A DNA stretch of 64,000 nt from Patellaria atrata CBS 101060 (GCA_010093705.1 MU006104.1:556992-620991); one strand, 5' to 3'. Positions 1 to 12,386 are shown, counted from the stretch's first letter. A program made the numbers and translations. The notes: a model not told the origin generated them from the sequence alone.

Positions 1-213
1 TTTCCACGATTATCTATACTTGCAATTGAGATCCTCTCAATTCCAGCAATGAGCGATGAACCAGAACGAGTGTTTTCAGCAGCTCGTCGTACGGTATCAT
101 GGGAAAGATCACGCTTAAGTTCAAGAGAGTTAGAACATACTGAATGTCTTAAACATTGGGCAAAACAAAAAAATTTATTGAAAGGTTCGTACGATTTGTT
201 TAGTTTCACCTAA
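1..213 (+). CDS. hAT transposase, C-terminal dimerisation domain (5'-partial)
   Basis: Open frame 1-213: FPRLSILAIEILSIPAMSDEPERVFSAARRTVSWERSRLSSRELEHTECLKHW. A possible intron at 185-229 would move the stop to 258. Confidence 0.85.
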   Translation, partial: FPRLSILAIEILSIPAMSDEPERVFSAARRTVSWERSRLSSRELEHTECLKHWAKQKNLLKGSYDLFSFT

Positions 214-350
214 TGGCTACTGATCTCAGACACACGTAAAGGTACAGATCACGTCTGAGTGCTACCAACAGCCCTGGATAGCTAGGCAAAGCAGAACACC
301 GAAACGCCAGAACGCTTAAACGCCAAAGAATACTTCGTACGAAGCTCTGC

Positions 351-882
351 TCAACCAATGATTATAGCATTTTGGGGAGTAGCCCCTCATCGTCATCCAG
401 CACAATAGCATTCCCAGGGGCGGTGCCGTCAGCTCCGTCAACCCCTGAACCAGGTCCAAGCACCCTGGCTCCTTGAGCAGGCTTATCTGGACCACCAGCT
501 CGTACGGAACAGCGTGCTGTATGGTCGCGCCATTTGCAGTTGGCGCATGTTCCGCCAAAGTGTCCCTCAGCGCGGTGACAACTAAGGAAGGGACGGAAAT
601 CTCTCGTACGACAAGCCGCACAAGGATCAACGTCACCTCCACGAGACTGGATAAGAATCCCATTGACATATGACTGCCTATGAGATCCAATCTGCTCGGT
701 GTGATAGAGTCACGTACGAACTCAACATCAACACCTCCACCGACGGCCAGAAGTGCTCTATTCTGTGGGCTGTGACACCACGGAGCCAATTGCTGCTGTG
801 TTACGAGTAGCACCGGGTTGCGGTTCGCGTGAGCGGCAGCCGTGATCGCTGGGTTATAGAGAACTACTTGCGTATTGGCCAT
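351..882 (-). pseudogene. DUF3716-like Cys-rich protein carried in the transposon, apparently with two 1-nt frameshifts
   Basis: The N-terminus MANTQVVLYNP...VDVEFVRDSITP continues after a shift near 698 as EQIGSHRQSYVNGILIQSRGGDVDPCAACRTRDFRPFLSCHRAEGHFGGTCANCKWRDHTARCSVR. A second shift near 385 restores TPQNAIIIG*, which mirrors GTAPGNAIVL. A canonical 5'UTR intron lies at 931-884. Confidence 0.75.
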
Positions 883-959
883 ACTATAGTCTTATTAGCC
901 TTCGTACGATAGGTTTAAGCTGAGTACTTACACTTTGAGTTACTAAAATCAAAGATTGA

Positions 960-1012
960 GAAGGAGAGAAGAAGAGAAGAAGAGAAATTCAAAAAAAAGA
1001 TGTATTTTATAC
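960..1012 (-). promoter_or_regulatory. Putative core promoter of the cargo gene (TATAAAA followed by a CT-rich tract)
   Basis: The minus strand reads TTTGTATAAAATA near 1016-1004, then a TTCTCTTCTC tract, upstream of the intron donor GTAAGT at 931. Confidence 0.5.
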
Positions 1013-1244
1013 AAATTGGCAGGTAGGCAGGTGGGCCAGTAGACAGGTGGACAGGCAGGCACGTAGGCACGCCCTCGTGCCTTCTATCTTAGAACAGCTA
1101 TAGATGTTATTCATAGCTATATAATCCCTTCGTACGAAGAGTATCTTTATTTTAATTAAATTTCTAAGAAAACGATAATATTTTAGTTGAATTCTAAAGA
1201 ATATTAAAAAATCTTAAAATGCCAAGAGTATTGTTAAGGTATTA

Positions 1245-1317
1245 TGATATTCGATACAATACCGATGAAATACCGAGAATACTAATACCTTATCGATACG
1301 GATCGTTGGCCACACTG
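1245..1317. repeat. Transposon subterminal repeats and terminal inverted repeat
   Basis: Clustered AATACC(G), AATACT and GATAC units at about 1250-1300, then the TIR-like GATCGTTGGCCACACTG at 1301-1317. The predicted 8-bp TSD is TCCACATC (1318-1325). Confidence 0.6.
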
Positions 1318-1397
1318 TCCACATCCGATGGCTTGTACCCGACACTTTAACAATACAGTACGGCGATTTTATACTCAAATAATTTGAAGCTTCTGTG

Positions 1398-2886
1398 ATG
1401 TTTTCTCAATTCGCTTCTTTTCGATTCCCTACCTTCAACTTCCGTAGCTCGAATGCTCCTAAGATCGACATTCCCTCCGTCCCAATTTACGATGTCGAAA
1501 CATCTGTGGAACGACGTGCTCGAACGCTAAAGCACTTGATCAAGGCAAATCATGTCAATTACTCCATAATCTATCACAACCTGAGGTTTCATAACCACAC
1601 CAACCACGTATGTCAGAACACCAGATAAAGGAATCAATGAGGTGGAAAATAGCACAACCAGCTGAGTAGCAATGGGTAGATTCTAGGATCTGCTTACATC
1701 CTTGGAGCAACACCGGAACACCTAAACCAAGTCTATGAGAAGGAGTCAGGATATCATGAACCTTGGAGAGATTCCCCAGGGGAGATATCCAAAGAGGATT
1801 GGAGGGACTTTCTTGGGAAACGAGAGTGAGTTCTCAATACGCTAGAGGGTAGGAAATAATCTAATGGATCATAGATACCAAAGAGCATTCGTCGACTTTT
1901 TTGAAGATGAGCTCGTTCAAGAGGGATATGACTACGATAGACTACTAGAAGACTACCTGCTTAAGGGGGATGAGCCCCTCATTAATGGGTTAATAGGTAG
2001 ATGTGAGTTGGTCAGAATCTGGTTATTGGATGGAAGCTAAAGTCTGCGCGTAGTGGGACATCCGCTCATACACTTAGGATATGCGTACGAATTGAGGTCA
2101 CAAACGATAGGCATTGAGGCGCTTGCCCTAGGAGCTTGCTTCTACAATTCATTACACAAATACCTTGATGATCCTTCTTATACCAAACCATCCTCATACT
2201 CTTCTAAGGACCTTCTCGAAATACTTCAGAAAATTCAGGATGATTTACGATTCGATAAATTATTCAACGAACCAACTGCTGGTAATATAGACGAACTTCT
2301 TGAAAAGCGAGAAGCTGCCGTACTAGACCATTGGAATGCCTGGGATATATCAGACCCGAAGAAGCAGTTTGAGGACTCACAGAAGGTAGCTGTGTCTCTT
2401 CTTGTGGGTACGCAAACGGAAGATTCAAAATACGACTTCTTTCTAGTACATCTCTTGACGACTTCACATGCTGTTCGCATATTGTTGCCTCTTCTTCCAC
2501 CCAAGTTCCACATTCCATTGGTACGCCAATGGTGGTTTTTCACTGTGCTCGTATACATTACGCAGCTCAGACCTACTATAAAACTAGACAGGATCGAAAA
2601 GTATGACCTGAAAGGAAGGGATTGGAAATTTGTCGAGCATAAAGCTCTATCATCGAAATGGGCATTTGACGCACACTATGTTAAAGGTACGATCTATCAG
2701 ACATATCAGCCCCAATTCCACTAACCCGAATCTTTAGCGCTTCGGTCGATGAAAGAAGCCGCTATTACTTGGGGTGATGATGGCCAGTTTTACCTCAAAG
2801 CATCGGTTAAGTTCGCAGACACTTTCACCAATTGGGCCGGATTTGGTCTTATGGGTAATGATGAGGCCTATGGTCATTCAGTTTAG
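1398..2886 (+). CDS. Questin oxidase / HypA-like (DUF4243-type) oxidoreductase, 5 exons
   Basis: Motifs FHNHTNHILGSAYILGA, GHPLIHLGYAYE, DFFLVHLLTTSHAVR and DAHYVKALRSM. GT-AG introns at about 1608-1679, 1826-1875, 2003-2053 and 2687-2737. Confidence 0.8.
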
Positions 2887-4571
2887 GGAAAATGGTACAG
2901 TATCTTCAACCAAGACATTCCCTTTGGGATATCGAGTTGGAAGCTTTGACATCTGACGTTGAGGGATTTAGTGCACGTGGATCATAGCGCCGGATCGACA
3001 AGCACGCCTAAACCTCGTGCCAGCTTAGGATATTGATGCACGGAACTTGCAGGAGCCTGGCAGCTCTTCCTGCTTTTCTTTGATACTCTCTGGGAGATGT
3101 CTTGGTACCTGTGTTAGATATATTGCAGGATCCTTCTCTTCATCGTCGTGTGCTTCCTGTGCCTCCTGTGCCTCAATAATGTACGGGTTCACCGTGTTGG
3201 GTCCGGTAAATCGGCCCAATTGCATCGGGCGAAAGAGGTGAAGTTTCCGATCCGTGCCACTTTGGACGAGATCGGGTACAGGTAACTTCATGCTCAACAA
3301 CAACAACTTCTTGCCCAGATGATAGGAATATTACATATTCAGGTCGGAATGCAACGGATGGCTTTCCAAGTGTTTCCGAACATCCTTTCATGAAATAACC
3401 AGCTGATGAAGGTGCTGATTCGAGCGCTTATGGTTGTATCCGTGACAAAGAGTCTGATGTAAGCAGGTTGCAGTAAATACTAGCTCCAAACTCCGCCGAG
3501 TTATAAAGGAAGAATTACCGTACCTTTATGATACCTTAGTTGATATAATAAGAAAGCTACGATTGCCTCAGGATCGACCTTCTGTCACACCTCGGTCTTC
3601 TATCCCTTTGGAATTTCTCTGGTTCCTACGGCCAGGGCCTTGTGTGAAGTTAGGTTATTTGACGTTAACAGGACTATAAATAAACGAATTCGGTCCCGCA
3701 TCCGGTTTTTTTGAGGTTTATAGGATCGGAGGAGTGCCAGCAACCTAATACGTTGAACCCAAATCCTTACCGAGTTATGACGGCAGTCGGATGTGAACTT
3801 GGTTCTCATTCAATACTGTAACCATAAACTGTCTACAGCAACACTTGGAAGCTTAGAAGATATTCCTATCCAGCAAAGCATTTAAGCCAAGCAGAAAGAA
3901 TATTCTCCTGCAGCATCGGCACATTTCACTAGCATTAGTTCTGCTGCATATTAAGGATCACTGGCTCACTGCAGATCCCTAACTCACTCTGCTGCCTGCA
4001 AATACGTACGCTATTATTCCTCCCTCCCTCCCTCCCTCCCTCCATCCCTCCCTCCTCTCACTTCCAGTACTTTCCTGTACCTCCATTCACGTCCGCCGTG
4101 GGTCTCCGTCATCTGTTCCCGTTTTAGCAAACCTAATACCCTAAGCATACACAACAATCCAAACCCTTCAAAAAGTTGATCCGCCCGCTGCGGCTTGTCC
4201 CTTCTCTTCTCCGACATCTACCTAAAGCCCCTCCTTGGCCCTCCACGCTTTATCCTCCTCCCTCTTGTTTATTATTTCTGATGTCACGGCTATAACTTGC
4301 TTACTTGCCTCCTCCGATAAGTTCCTCTCAAATCTCATTCTCGCCTCGAAACCAGACTCATTATACTCTTGACTTTCAATTGAGACCATCTCTCGGAGGT
4401 TTATCTCTCGATCCCTTCACTAAGGCGGAAATCCGGCACCGCTCGGTTGGCGTAGAAGAGATAAACTATTTTTTTTTTGAGTCAACCGTGGTCTGCGGCG
4501 CTCAATCCATAGTTTGGTCATCTTCTCTACCCATTTCGAACTTACCTCAGGTTCATTGTTCATAGCCCACC

Positions 4572-7500
4572 ATGTCTTCCCTCAAGAAAGCACTCCACAA
4601 ACTCAAACCCCACCACAACAGCAACCCTGCCAGTGACGACGAGTCCGGGACGACTACGCTAGCATCACCCGCAACAGGATCTACCCCCACACTAGATTCT
4701 CCTCAAAGAGCCTCTTCTCCAAAACCTTCCCCTCGCAACAGTCACCAGTATTCGCGCAATAGTGGGACTTTCCCGCGACCAAATGGATCGGATTCACCTC
4801 GTGGTGGTCGCACCAGCAAGGACATCATCCGTAGCAGCGGCACTTTCGGACACCGCAGTCGCAATAGCCTTGGTTCTCGCAGCCCTATCCGTGGCCTTCG
4901 GGAGAAACTACATATTGGAGGAGATGATTCATCTGGATCCGAGGACCTCCCTCTCAACAGAGATGGGGAGCCCATGAGCAAGAATCAACAAAGGAAACAT
5001 GAGAGACAAGCTTCACGGGAAGCTAGAAGGAAGGAAGTTGAGGAGAAAGAGGCGGAATTTCTGAAATTTCGCCAGGAAGAAGAAGAGCGTGCTGCTCGGG
5101 AGGAACCGCCAGAAGCCAAAGCTTGCTATGGAATGTTACCCGTCAACCATTATGCTGGCGAGTGGACACATGCAGAGCGTACGATTCTACAGGGAATATC
5201 CGCGAAGGATGTTGGCAAAGAGCTGTTTTTCCGAGCTCGTATCCATCATCTCAGGAAACTTAGTTCTCACTTGGTCTTCTTTGTTTTTCGACAGCAAACT
5301 GTCACCATTCAGGGTGTCCTGCACGAACATGACAATATTTCACGCTGGATGATGTATTGGGCAGAACATCGAAATGTCGAGGATGTCGTCCTAGTCAAGG
5401 GTGTAGTTCAGGAGGCAAAATCCAAACAAGGCGAGGTCACTGGTGCCACAATCCACGACGTTGAGATTTCAGTTCATGAAATGCATGTCGAAGCATCAGT
5501 CACAGAACCGCTACCTTTTACGGTTGCAGAAGCTGAAATTACCCAACAGGAAGTAGATCGTGAGCAAGATACCCGTGTCAAAGTTTCCGATAGGACTAGA
5601 TGGCAAAACCGAGTTTTGGATCTCCGGACATCGGCTGCACAAGGGATATTCAGGGTCCAATCTGGTATTGGACACCTATTCCGGGAATACTTGGATACTC
5701 AAGGTTTTATTGAAATTCATACCCCGAAGCTTCAGGGAGGTGCCACCGAATCTGGCGCCAGCGTCTTCAAGATTGATTACTTTGGAAGAGGAGCATTCTT
5801 AGCTCAGAGTCCTCAATTAGCCAAACAAATGAGCATTGCTGCAGATTTTAAGAAGGTTTATGAGATCGGCGCTGTTTTCCGAGCAGAGAATAGCAACACT
5901 CATCGTCATTTGACCGAGTATACGGGCCTCGATCTGGAAATGGCCATAGACGAGCATTATCACGAAGTCTTGCGTACCCTAGACAACACATTCAAGTACA
6001 TCTTCGCTGGGATTTATAAGAAGTATAGAAATGAAATAGATGCTGTCAAGAAGCAGTTTCCCCATGAGGATTTAGTCTGGCTAGATGAGACGCCAAGAAT
6101 TCCATTCAAGGAAGCAGTTCAGATGCTGAACGAGACTGGCTGGACGGATGAGCATGGCAAACCACTACCGTTGAATGAGGATCTTGGCACAAGGGATGAG
6201 ATTCAACTTGGTAGAGTTATCAAAGAAAAGTACGGAACGGATTACTACATCCTAGACAAATTTCCAACCTCTGCTCGACCTTTCTACACTATGCCTGATC
6301 CGAACGATCCGGAATACACAAACTCCTTCGATATCTTTCTACGAGGTCAGGAAATTCTGAGCGGTGGCCAGCGTATTCATGACACCAAGACGCTGCTTTG
6401 TAAGATGGAAAGGATGAAGGTTGACCCTATGTCCATGGAAGAATACATCAACGGCTTCCAGTGGGGTGCACCGCCTCATGGAGGTGGTGGTATTGGTTTA
6501 GAGCGTATGCTCATGCTTCTCCTACAACTGGGTGATATCAGACATGGTTCCATGTACCCGAGAGATCCCAAGAGCTTACCCGCCCGACCAAAAGTCACAC
6601 AACTACGGCACCCAGAAGCTAGCACAATGCATCCGCCATGGGAGAACCAGGACCGTGCCGCAGCAGGGATCGACTTCCAACCTATTGAGAAGCTTATTGC
6701 CAACTATGGTGATGCCTCTAACACCTCCTGGCTCGAGCCGCGTACTCAGATCTGGCGTGATGAGTACACTGGCGCTGCCATTGGTTACGTACCTCAAGAT
6801 GGCTTCGCTATTACTGTCGGTGACCCTCTCTGCCATAAGAGCCAGTATCTGAAGACCATCACTGGTTACCTCCGATACGTCAAGAAGGAGCGTAATCTTA
6901 AACCCCTCTGGCTCCTCGTCGGAGCAGACGTTGAGGAAGTTCTAGCAACCAAGTTCAACTGGCGCACGTTCTCCGTCGTGGCAGAGCAGCGCCTAAACCC
7001 AGCCAACAACCCGGCACTTTCGGATCAGGATATCCAGCGCAAGATCCGCCATGCAGAGCGTGAAGGCGTTAAGCTCCACGATATCCCGCTCGGCACTCCA
7101 GTTCCCAAAGAAGTGCGAGACAAAGTCGACGCGCGGCTCAAGGACTGGCTCGCAAACCGTAAGGGCAAGCAAGTCCATCTCACAGACCTGCATCCGTGGC
7201 AAGATATGGAGCACCGTCAGTACCACTACGCCATCGACTCCTCTGGTACCGTCGCGTCCCTGGTTGTCATGGCGCAGCTCTCTCCCGAGCACGGCTGGCA
7301 AGTCAAGTACAGTCTCGACTTCCCCGGTGCTCCAAGCGGTACCATCGAGATGATTGTTACTCACGCCCTGAAGGTTGTCGCCCAAGGCGGCGCTACCAAT
7401 GTCACGTTCGGTGGTGGTGCGAGCAACAAGTTCACCGTAGGGCATAACTTGAAGGGCGCCAAGGTCAAGGTGCTCAGCAAGGCATATCACGCTATTGCCA

Positions 7501-7640
7501 CAGAGTTGAAGTTGACAGCGAAGACGGAGTTTAGAGAAAAACTGGGCGCGCAGGATGATCCGGTCTATTTGTGCTATCCACCGCATGGGCTAGGACCAAT
7601 GGGTGTGAAGGCAATTTTGACCTTCTTTGAAGACGATTAG
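4572..7640 (+). CDS. erdS: Aspartyl-tRNA synthetase-DUF2156 fusion: ergosteryl-3-O-aspartate synthase
   Basis: 1022-aa intronless ORF with an OB fold and class II AspRS motifs (FRAENSNTHRHLTE, EILSGGQR, PPHGGGGIGLER). A C-terminal DUF2156/MprF-like aminoacyl transferase domain follows (VGDPLC, GTIEMIV, EFREKLG). Confidence 0.9.
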   Translation: MSSLKKALHKLKPHHNSNPASDDESGTTTLASPATGSTPTLDSPQRASSPKPSPRNSHQYSRNSGTFPRPNGSDSPRGGRTSKDIIRSSGTFGHRSRNSLGSRSPIRGLREKLHIGGDDSSGSEDLPLNRDGEPMSKNQQRKHERQASREARRKEVEEKEAEFLKFRQEEEERAAREEPPEAKACYGMLPVNHYAGEWTHAERTILQGISAKDVGKELFFRARIHHLRKLSSHLVFFVFRQQTVTIQGVLHEHDNISRWMMYWAEHRNVEDVVLVKGVVQEAKSKQGEVTGATIHDVEISVHEMHVEASVTEPLPFTVAEAEITQQEVDREQDTRVKVSDRTRWQNRVLDLRTSAAQGIFRVQSGIGHLFREYLDTQGFIEIHTPKLQGGATESGASVFKIDYFGRGAFLAQSPQLAKQMSIAADFKKVYEIGAVFRAENSNTHRHLTEYTGLDLEMAIDEHYHEVLRTLDNTFKYIFAGIYKKYRNEIDAVKKQFPHEDLVWLDETPRIPFKEAVQMLNETGWTDEHGKPLPLNEDLGTRDEIQLGRVIKEKYGTDYYILDKFPTSARPFYTMPDPNDPEYTNSFDIFLRGQEILSGGQRIHDTKTLLCKMERMKVDPMSMEEYINGFQWGAPPHGGGGIGLERMLMLLLQLGDIRHGSMYPRDPKSLPARPKVTQLRHPEASTMHPPWENQDRAAAGIDFQPIEKLIANYGDASNTSWLEPRTQIWRDEYTGAAIGYVPQDGFAITVGDPLCHKSQYLKTITGYLRYVKKERNLKPLWLLVGADVEEVLATKFNWRTFSVVAEQRLNPANNPALSDQDIQRKIRHAEREGVKLHDIPLGTPVPKEVRDKVDARLKDWLANRKGKQVHLTDLHPWQDMEHRQYHYAIDSSGTVASLVVMAQLSPEHGWQVKYSLDFPGAPSGTIEMIVTHALKVVAQGGATNVTFGGGASNKFTVGHNLKGAKVKVLSKAYHAIATELKLTAKTEFREKLGAQDDPVYLCYPPHGLGPMGVKAILTFFEDD

Positions 7641-7942
7641 ATGGATAAACCTCGATGGTGCGCAGGAATGGGGACAATGGGGTTGATGGATGAAGGGTCT
7701 ACACATGATAATGTTACGATAGGATGATCTGTGATGAGGAAAGGGGGTAGATGGGCGACGAGACAGGAGATGAACTGATATCCCCTCGTAATGAGCTAAG
7801 GTATAGATAGTCAGCCTATTTTCTTTTGTTACTATTTTTTTCCTTGCTTAATCTATATAGTTGAAACGAATGATATACCGAAGAAGCATTTTCTCCTCTT
7901 TATCTCTCTCCCACTAAGTATGGTGTGATGGTTGTGGTTGCT

Positions 7943-7999
7943 CCTACCCAGTTCACTCCTGCCCAATTCTCCCCTACCCAATTCACCATTGCCCCCAAT
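7943..7999 (+). repeat. Short imperfect ~15-nt tandem repeat (CCTACCCAATTCACT-like, 3-4 copies)
   Basis: cctacccagttcact cctgcccaattctcc cctacccaattcacc ... cccaattc. Confidence 0.5.
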
Positions 8000-8599
8000 T
8001 CATCCTACACTCTCTGTCTTCCCCGATCCAACCTCATCCACGACTTCGAACCCGAATTTCCTCGATCCAATTTCAGCTCGAATCCCAGAAGATCCGAGCC
8101 CAGGTATCGGGGATTTCACCCTCCCTTTACCGTACCCTACCTAAGAAATACGGCACTGTTCCAATCCGCTTGATAAGATATTACCTCCAGGCCTTTCAAA
8201 CTAAGCTAAACTAAGGGAGTGAAAAATGGCACTGCCCTGCAAGGTACTGTACCTACCTACCTCGTGTCTTTACCATATAGGGGTCCCCGGTATATACGTC
8301 CCTGTTCCTACCCTGTGCTTTTGAATGAGGTAGGGTGGATTTGTGCTCTCTCCCTCTTCCCTCTTCCCTCCTTCCAACCCGGAATGCAAAGGGAGAAGGT
8401 AAGAAGGGGGGAAGAGCGCCTCATGGATGGACTGGACTGTCACCTTCTTCTTTACTCGTCGGAGAGGATATGCTGGTAGAGACACTGATATACGAGGCAC
8501 GCGCCCGATTCTAATTTGAGATACCTTATATGGTGGAGAGATCTATAGTGGACTTGAAGTAGTTATGTGATCTCGGACCACCATCTCTACCTTAAGGGC

Positions 8600-8607
8600 T
8601 TTTTTTT

Positions 8608-8650
<43 letters not shown>
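8600..8650. repeat. Adjacent homopolymers T18-G33
   Basis: Directly visible: T at 8600-8617, G at 8618-8650. Confidence 0.9.
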
Positions 8651-8651
<1 letters not shown>

Positions 8652-9235
8652 AGAGGGGGAAAGTTCAAGGCCTTACTAGATCAATCAAAGTAATATAGAT
8701 TGCAATGAGATAGAATAAGGTTGTCAAACCTTAGTGGGAGGGGGTGGGATACAAAACCTCATCCAAGAGAGCTCTAAGGCGGTACCGGATTAGGTAATTT
8801 CGTCTATGAGATTTCTGGGGCATACCGCGATTAGGTAACTTTGTCGTTTTGGGTCGAACGTCTGATATTTGCATAGGCGAAGCATATACTTGAGTAGCAG
8901 GGTCAGAACCACTTCGAGAGAGAGAGGATACGGGATAACAGCACCGTTGACTACGATTGGACAATCAGGCAATGATCAAAATGCTTCAACACTGTAGAGA
9001 CTTGTTCATTGATAAAATTAGGGTTCCTACAGGGTATATCGAAGGCTGAGAGAAGAAGAGGGGGCATCATCCGTATCCTCGAACAACAGTCAACCAAGAA
9101 AGAAGAGCGCTGGACCAGGAACCATCATAAACAAGAATAAGAGGATCGTCATAACCCCGACTTGAAAAAGTGCACCGGTCCAACTTTTGAAAAGAAGCTT
9201 CGCGCAATCTAGACTTCATCCCCAGTATCGAAAAC

Positions 9236-10766
<1,531 letters not shown>

Positions 10767-12017
10767 CTTGCAGGCTCGCAATTGTGGTAGTCTAAGTCCT
10801 TAAAGAGTCTAACAATTTGATGGTTGAGCTGAAGACTTGAACGAGTTGCCTAAAGCGGGGTGTTTGACAGGATGGTGAGAAGGATTCAATAGGAGATAGT
10901 AATGGAAAATAGAAAAAGAAATTGCGAGGATAGAGGTAGAACTTGGAGTGTAAGTACAGGTTCACCAAGATATTCTAGTTGCTCAGCTATCGAAGGCAGC
11001 CTCTATTTACAACGAACTGAAAGAAGAGTTGATGGTGGGGTAGCAGGTAGGGTATGTGGTGCTTCTGGGGCGAGAACGCACCGCTCCGATTAGGCATGCA
11101 TGCCCGTGTATGGGCCACCCTTAACGTTGTTGGTTGTTCTTACCTGTTAGGCTGGCGGCAAGGCATACTTCAACTCTTCAGACCTCTTTTCAGCTGAAGA
11201 CAAGGCTGAAGGGTTACCAGTCAAATTGCCGCGTTATGATACGAAACACGTCCATAACACAACCCATCAAAGTCGAACTGTTGTACTACCATCTCGATAT
11301 GATCGTTGTTTGTTATACTGTACCGTCAAATTGTTGTTGTTACTGCAAAGTTACATGTCAGTGTCTGCCCCTGAGGTGAGGTGGCTGTTGTTCCCGATGA
11401 AGGCTCAAAAGATGCTCTCATGATCGGCACAAGGCTGGTATGTATCCTCCAACTTCAACGACACGCTATAGATGAGGCTCGGGGTGTCGCGTGTGTATGC
11501 ACATAACCGAATGGAGCAAACATTCCGAGTGGCATAGATAATGCTAGTACTTTGATCGTAGACGTCGTGGTATGCTTCATGATACTTGCAAGGTAGTTTT
11601 AAAACTAGGTATGACCGGTGAGAGCACACCTCAGGCATCTTCGAAGCATCACTAAGCGTGAGAGAAGAATCGGATCCAATACTTCATCTATAGGAAGAGA
11701 CGCATTAGGAAAGAATAAGGTAAGTAAAGAGACGGGAAGGTACCTTCGTCATCAGACCAAGCTTGCCATCTTATTATCCAAGCATGTGAAAAAGCAGACA
11801 CCCCTTGCATCATACTACATCATTCTCTTTAGAAGCTTGATTTTGGCAATTGCTCCATACCGTGTGTTACTGCCTTTATATATCCTCCCATTCAGCTCTA
11901 TACTTTTAATTATCTCTTTATTCATATTTCGCAAGGTACCAAACAACTGTTCTCAGAATCCAATCTATTCACCTAACAGAACAAATCCAACATCCACTCA
12001 ACCCTTGATATCTCACA

Positions 12018-12386
12018 ATGACATTCACATCCGTTGCTCTCTACACAATGGCCGTCCTAGGCCTCATCGGCATCGCCATCTCCGTCTTCGGTCTCCCCCC
12101 CGGATTCAAGCGCTACCTACAAGAGCAAGCGCTCAAGCAAATGGGCGAGAACAAAGCTAGCTACATGATGAAAGGTCAGTCTCCCCTATCCTCGCTCTAA
12201 TATCCCCCACATTCAATTAGCTGACCGCAAATAGACACGCTCGACAAGGTGCCCGATTCGGACATGCAGAATGTCAAAGACCTGAAAAGAGGCGTTGGCA
12301 ATATTGCCGGTGGCAGCTTGAACAACCCTCTCGGATCAGCTGTTGGCGATGCTGGAGACGATGCCACAGCGAGATTCCGCGGTTGA
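12018..12386 (+). CDS. Small hypothetical protein with an N-terminal TM helix (2 exons)
   Basis: Intron 12175-12234 (GTCAGT..GCTGAC..TAG) joins ...KASYMMK to DTLDKVPDSD...NNPLGSAVGDAGDDATARFRG*. Confidence 0.7.

Larger units (their letters stand above)
1..1317 (+). mobile_element. hAT-superfamily DNA transposon, right-hand portion (left end outside the window)
   Basis: Frame 1 from base 1 reads FPRLSILAIEILSIPAMSDEPERVFSAARRTVSWERSRL, a hAT dimerisation-domain motif. The element ends in GATCGTTGGCCACACTG (reverse complement CAGTGTGGCCAACGATC, like fungal hAT TIRs beginning CAG), preceded by AT-rich DNA and AATACC/GATAC subterminal repeats. Confidence 0.85.

Noticed and set aside
316..882. 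188-aa ORF taken at face value
   Set aside because: Its C-terminal two-thirds is the off-frame reading. The alternative frame holds the recognisable Cys-cluster domain.
3025..3450. Short minus-strand ORFs as an ErdH remnant
   Set aside because: No HGGG or GxSxG hydrolase motifs seen.
6993..7586. Long antisense ORFs over ErdS (also those over the amine oxidase, MPD1 and the secreted pair)
   Set aside because: Expected shadows of GC-rich codon usage.
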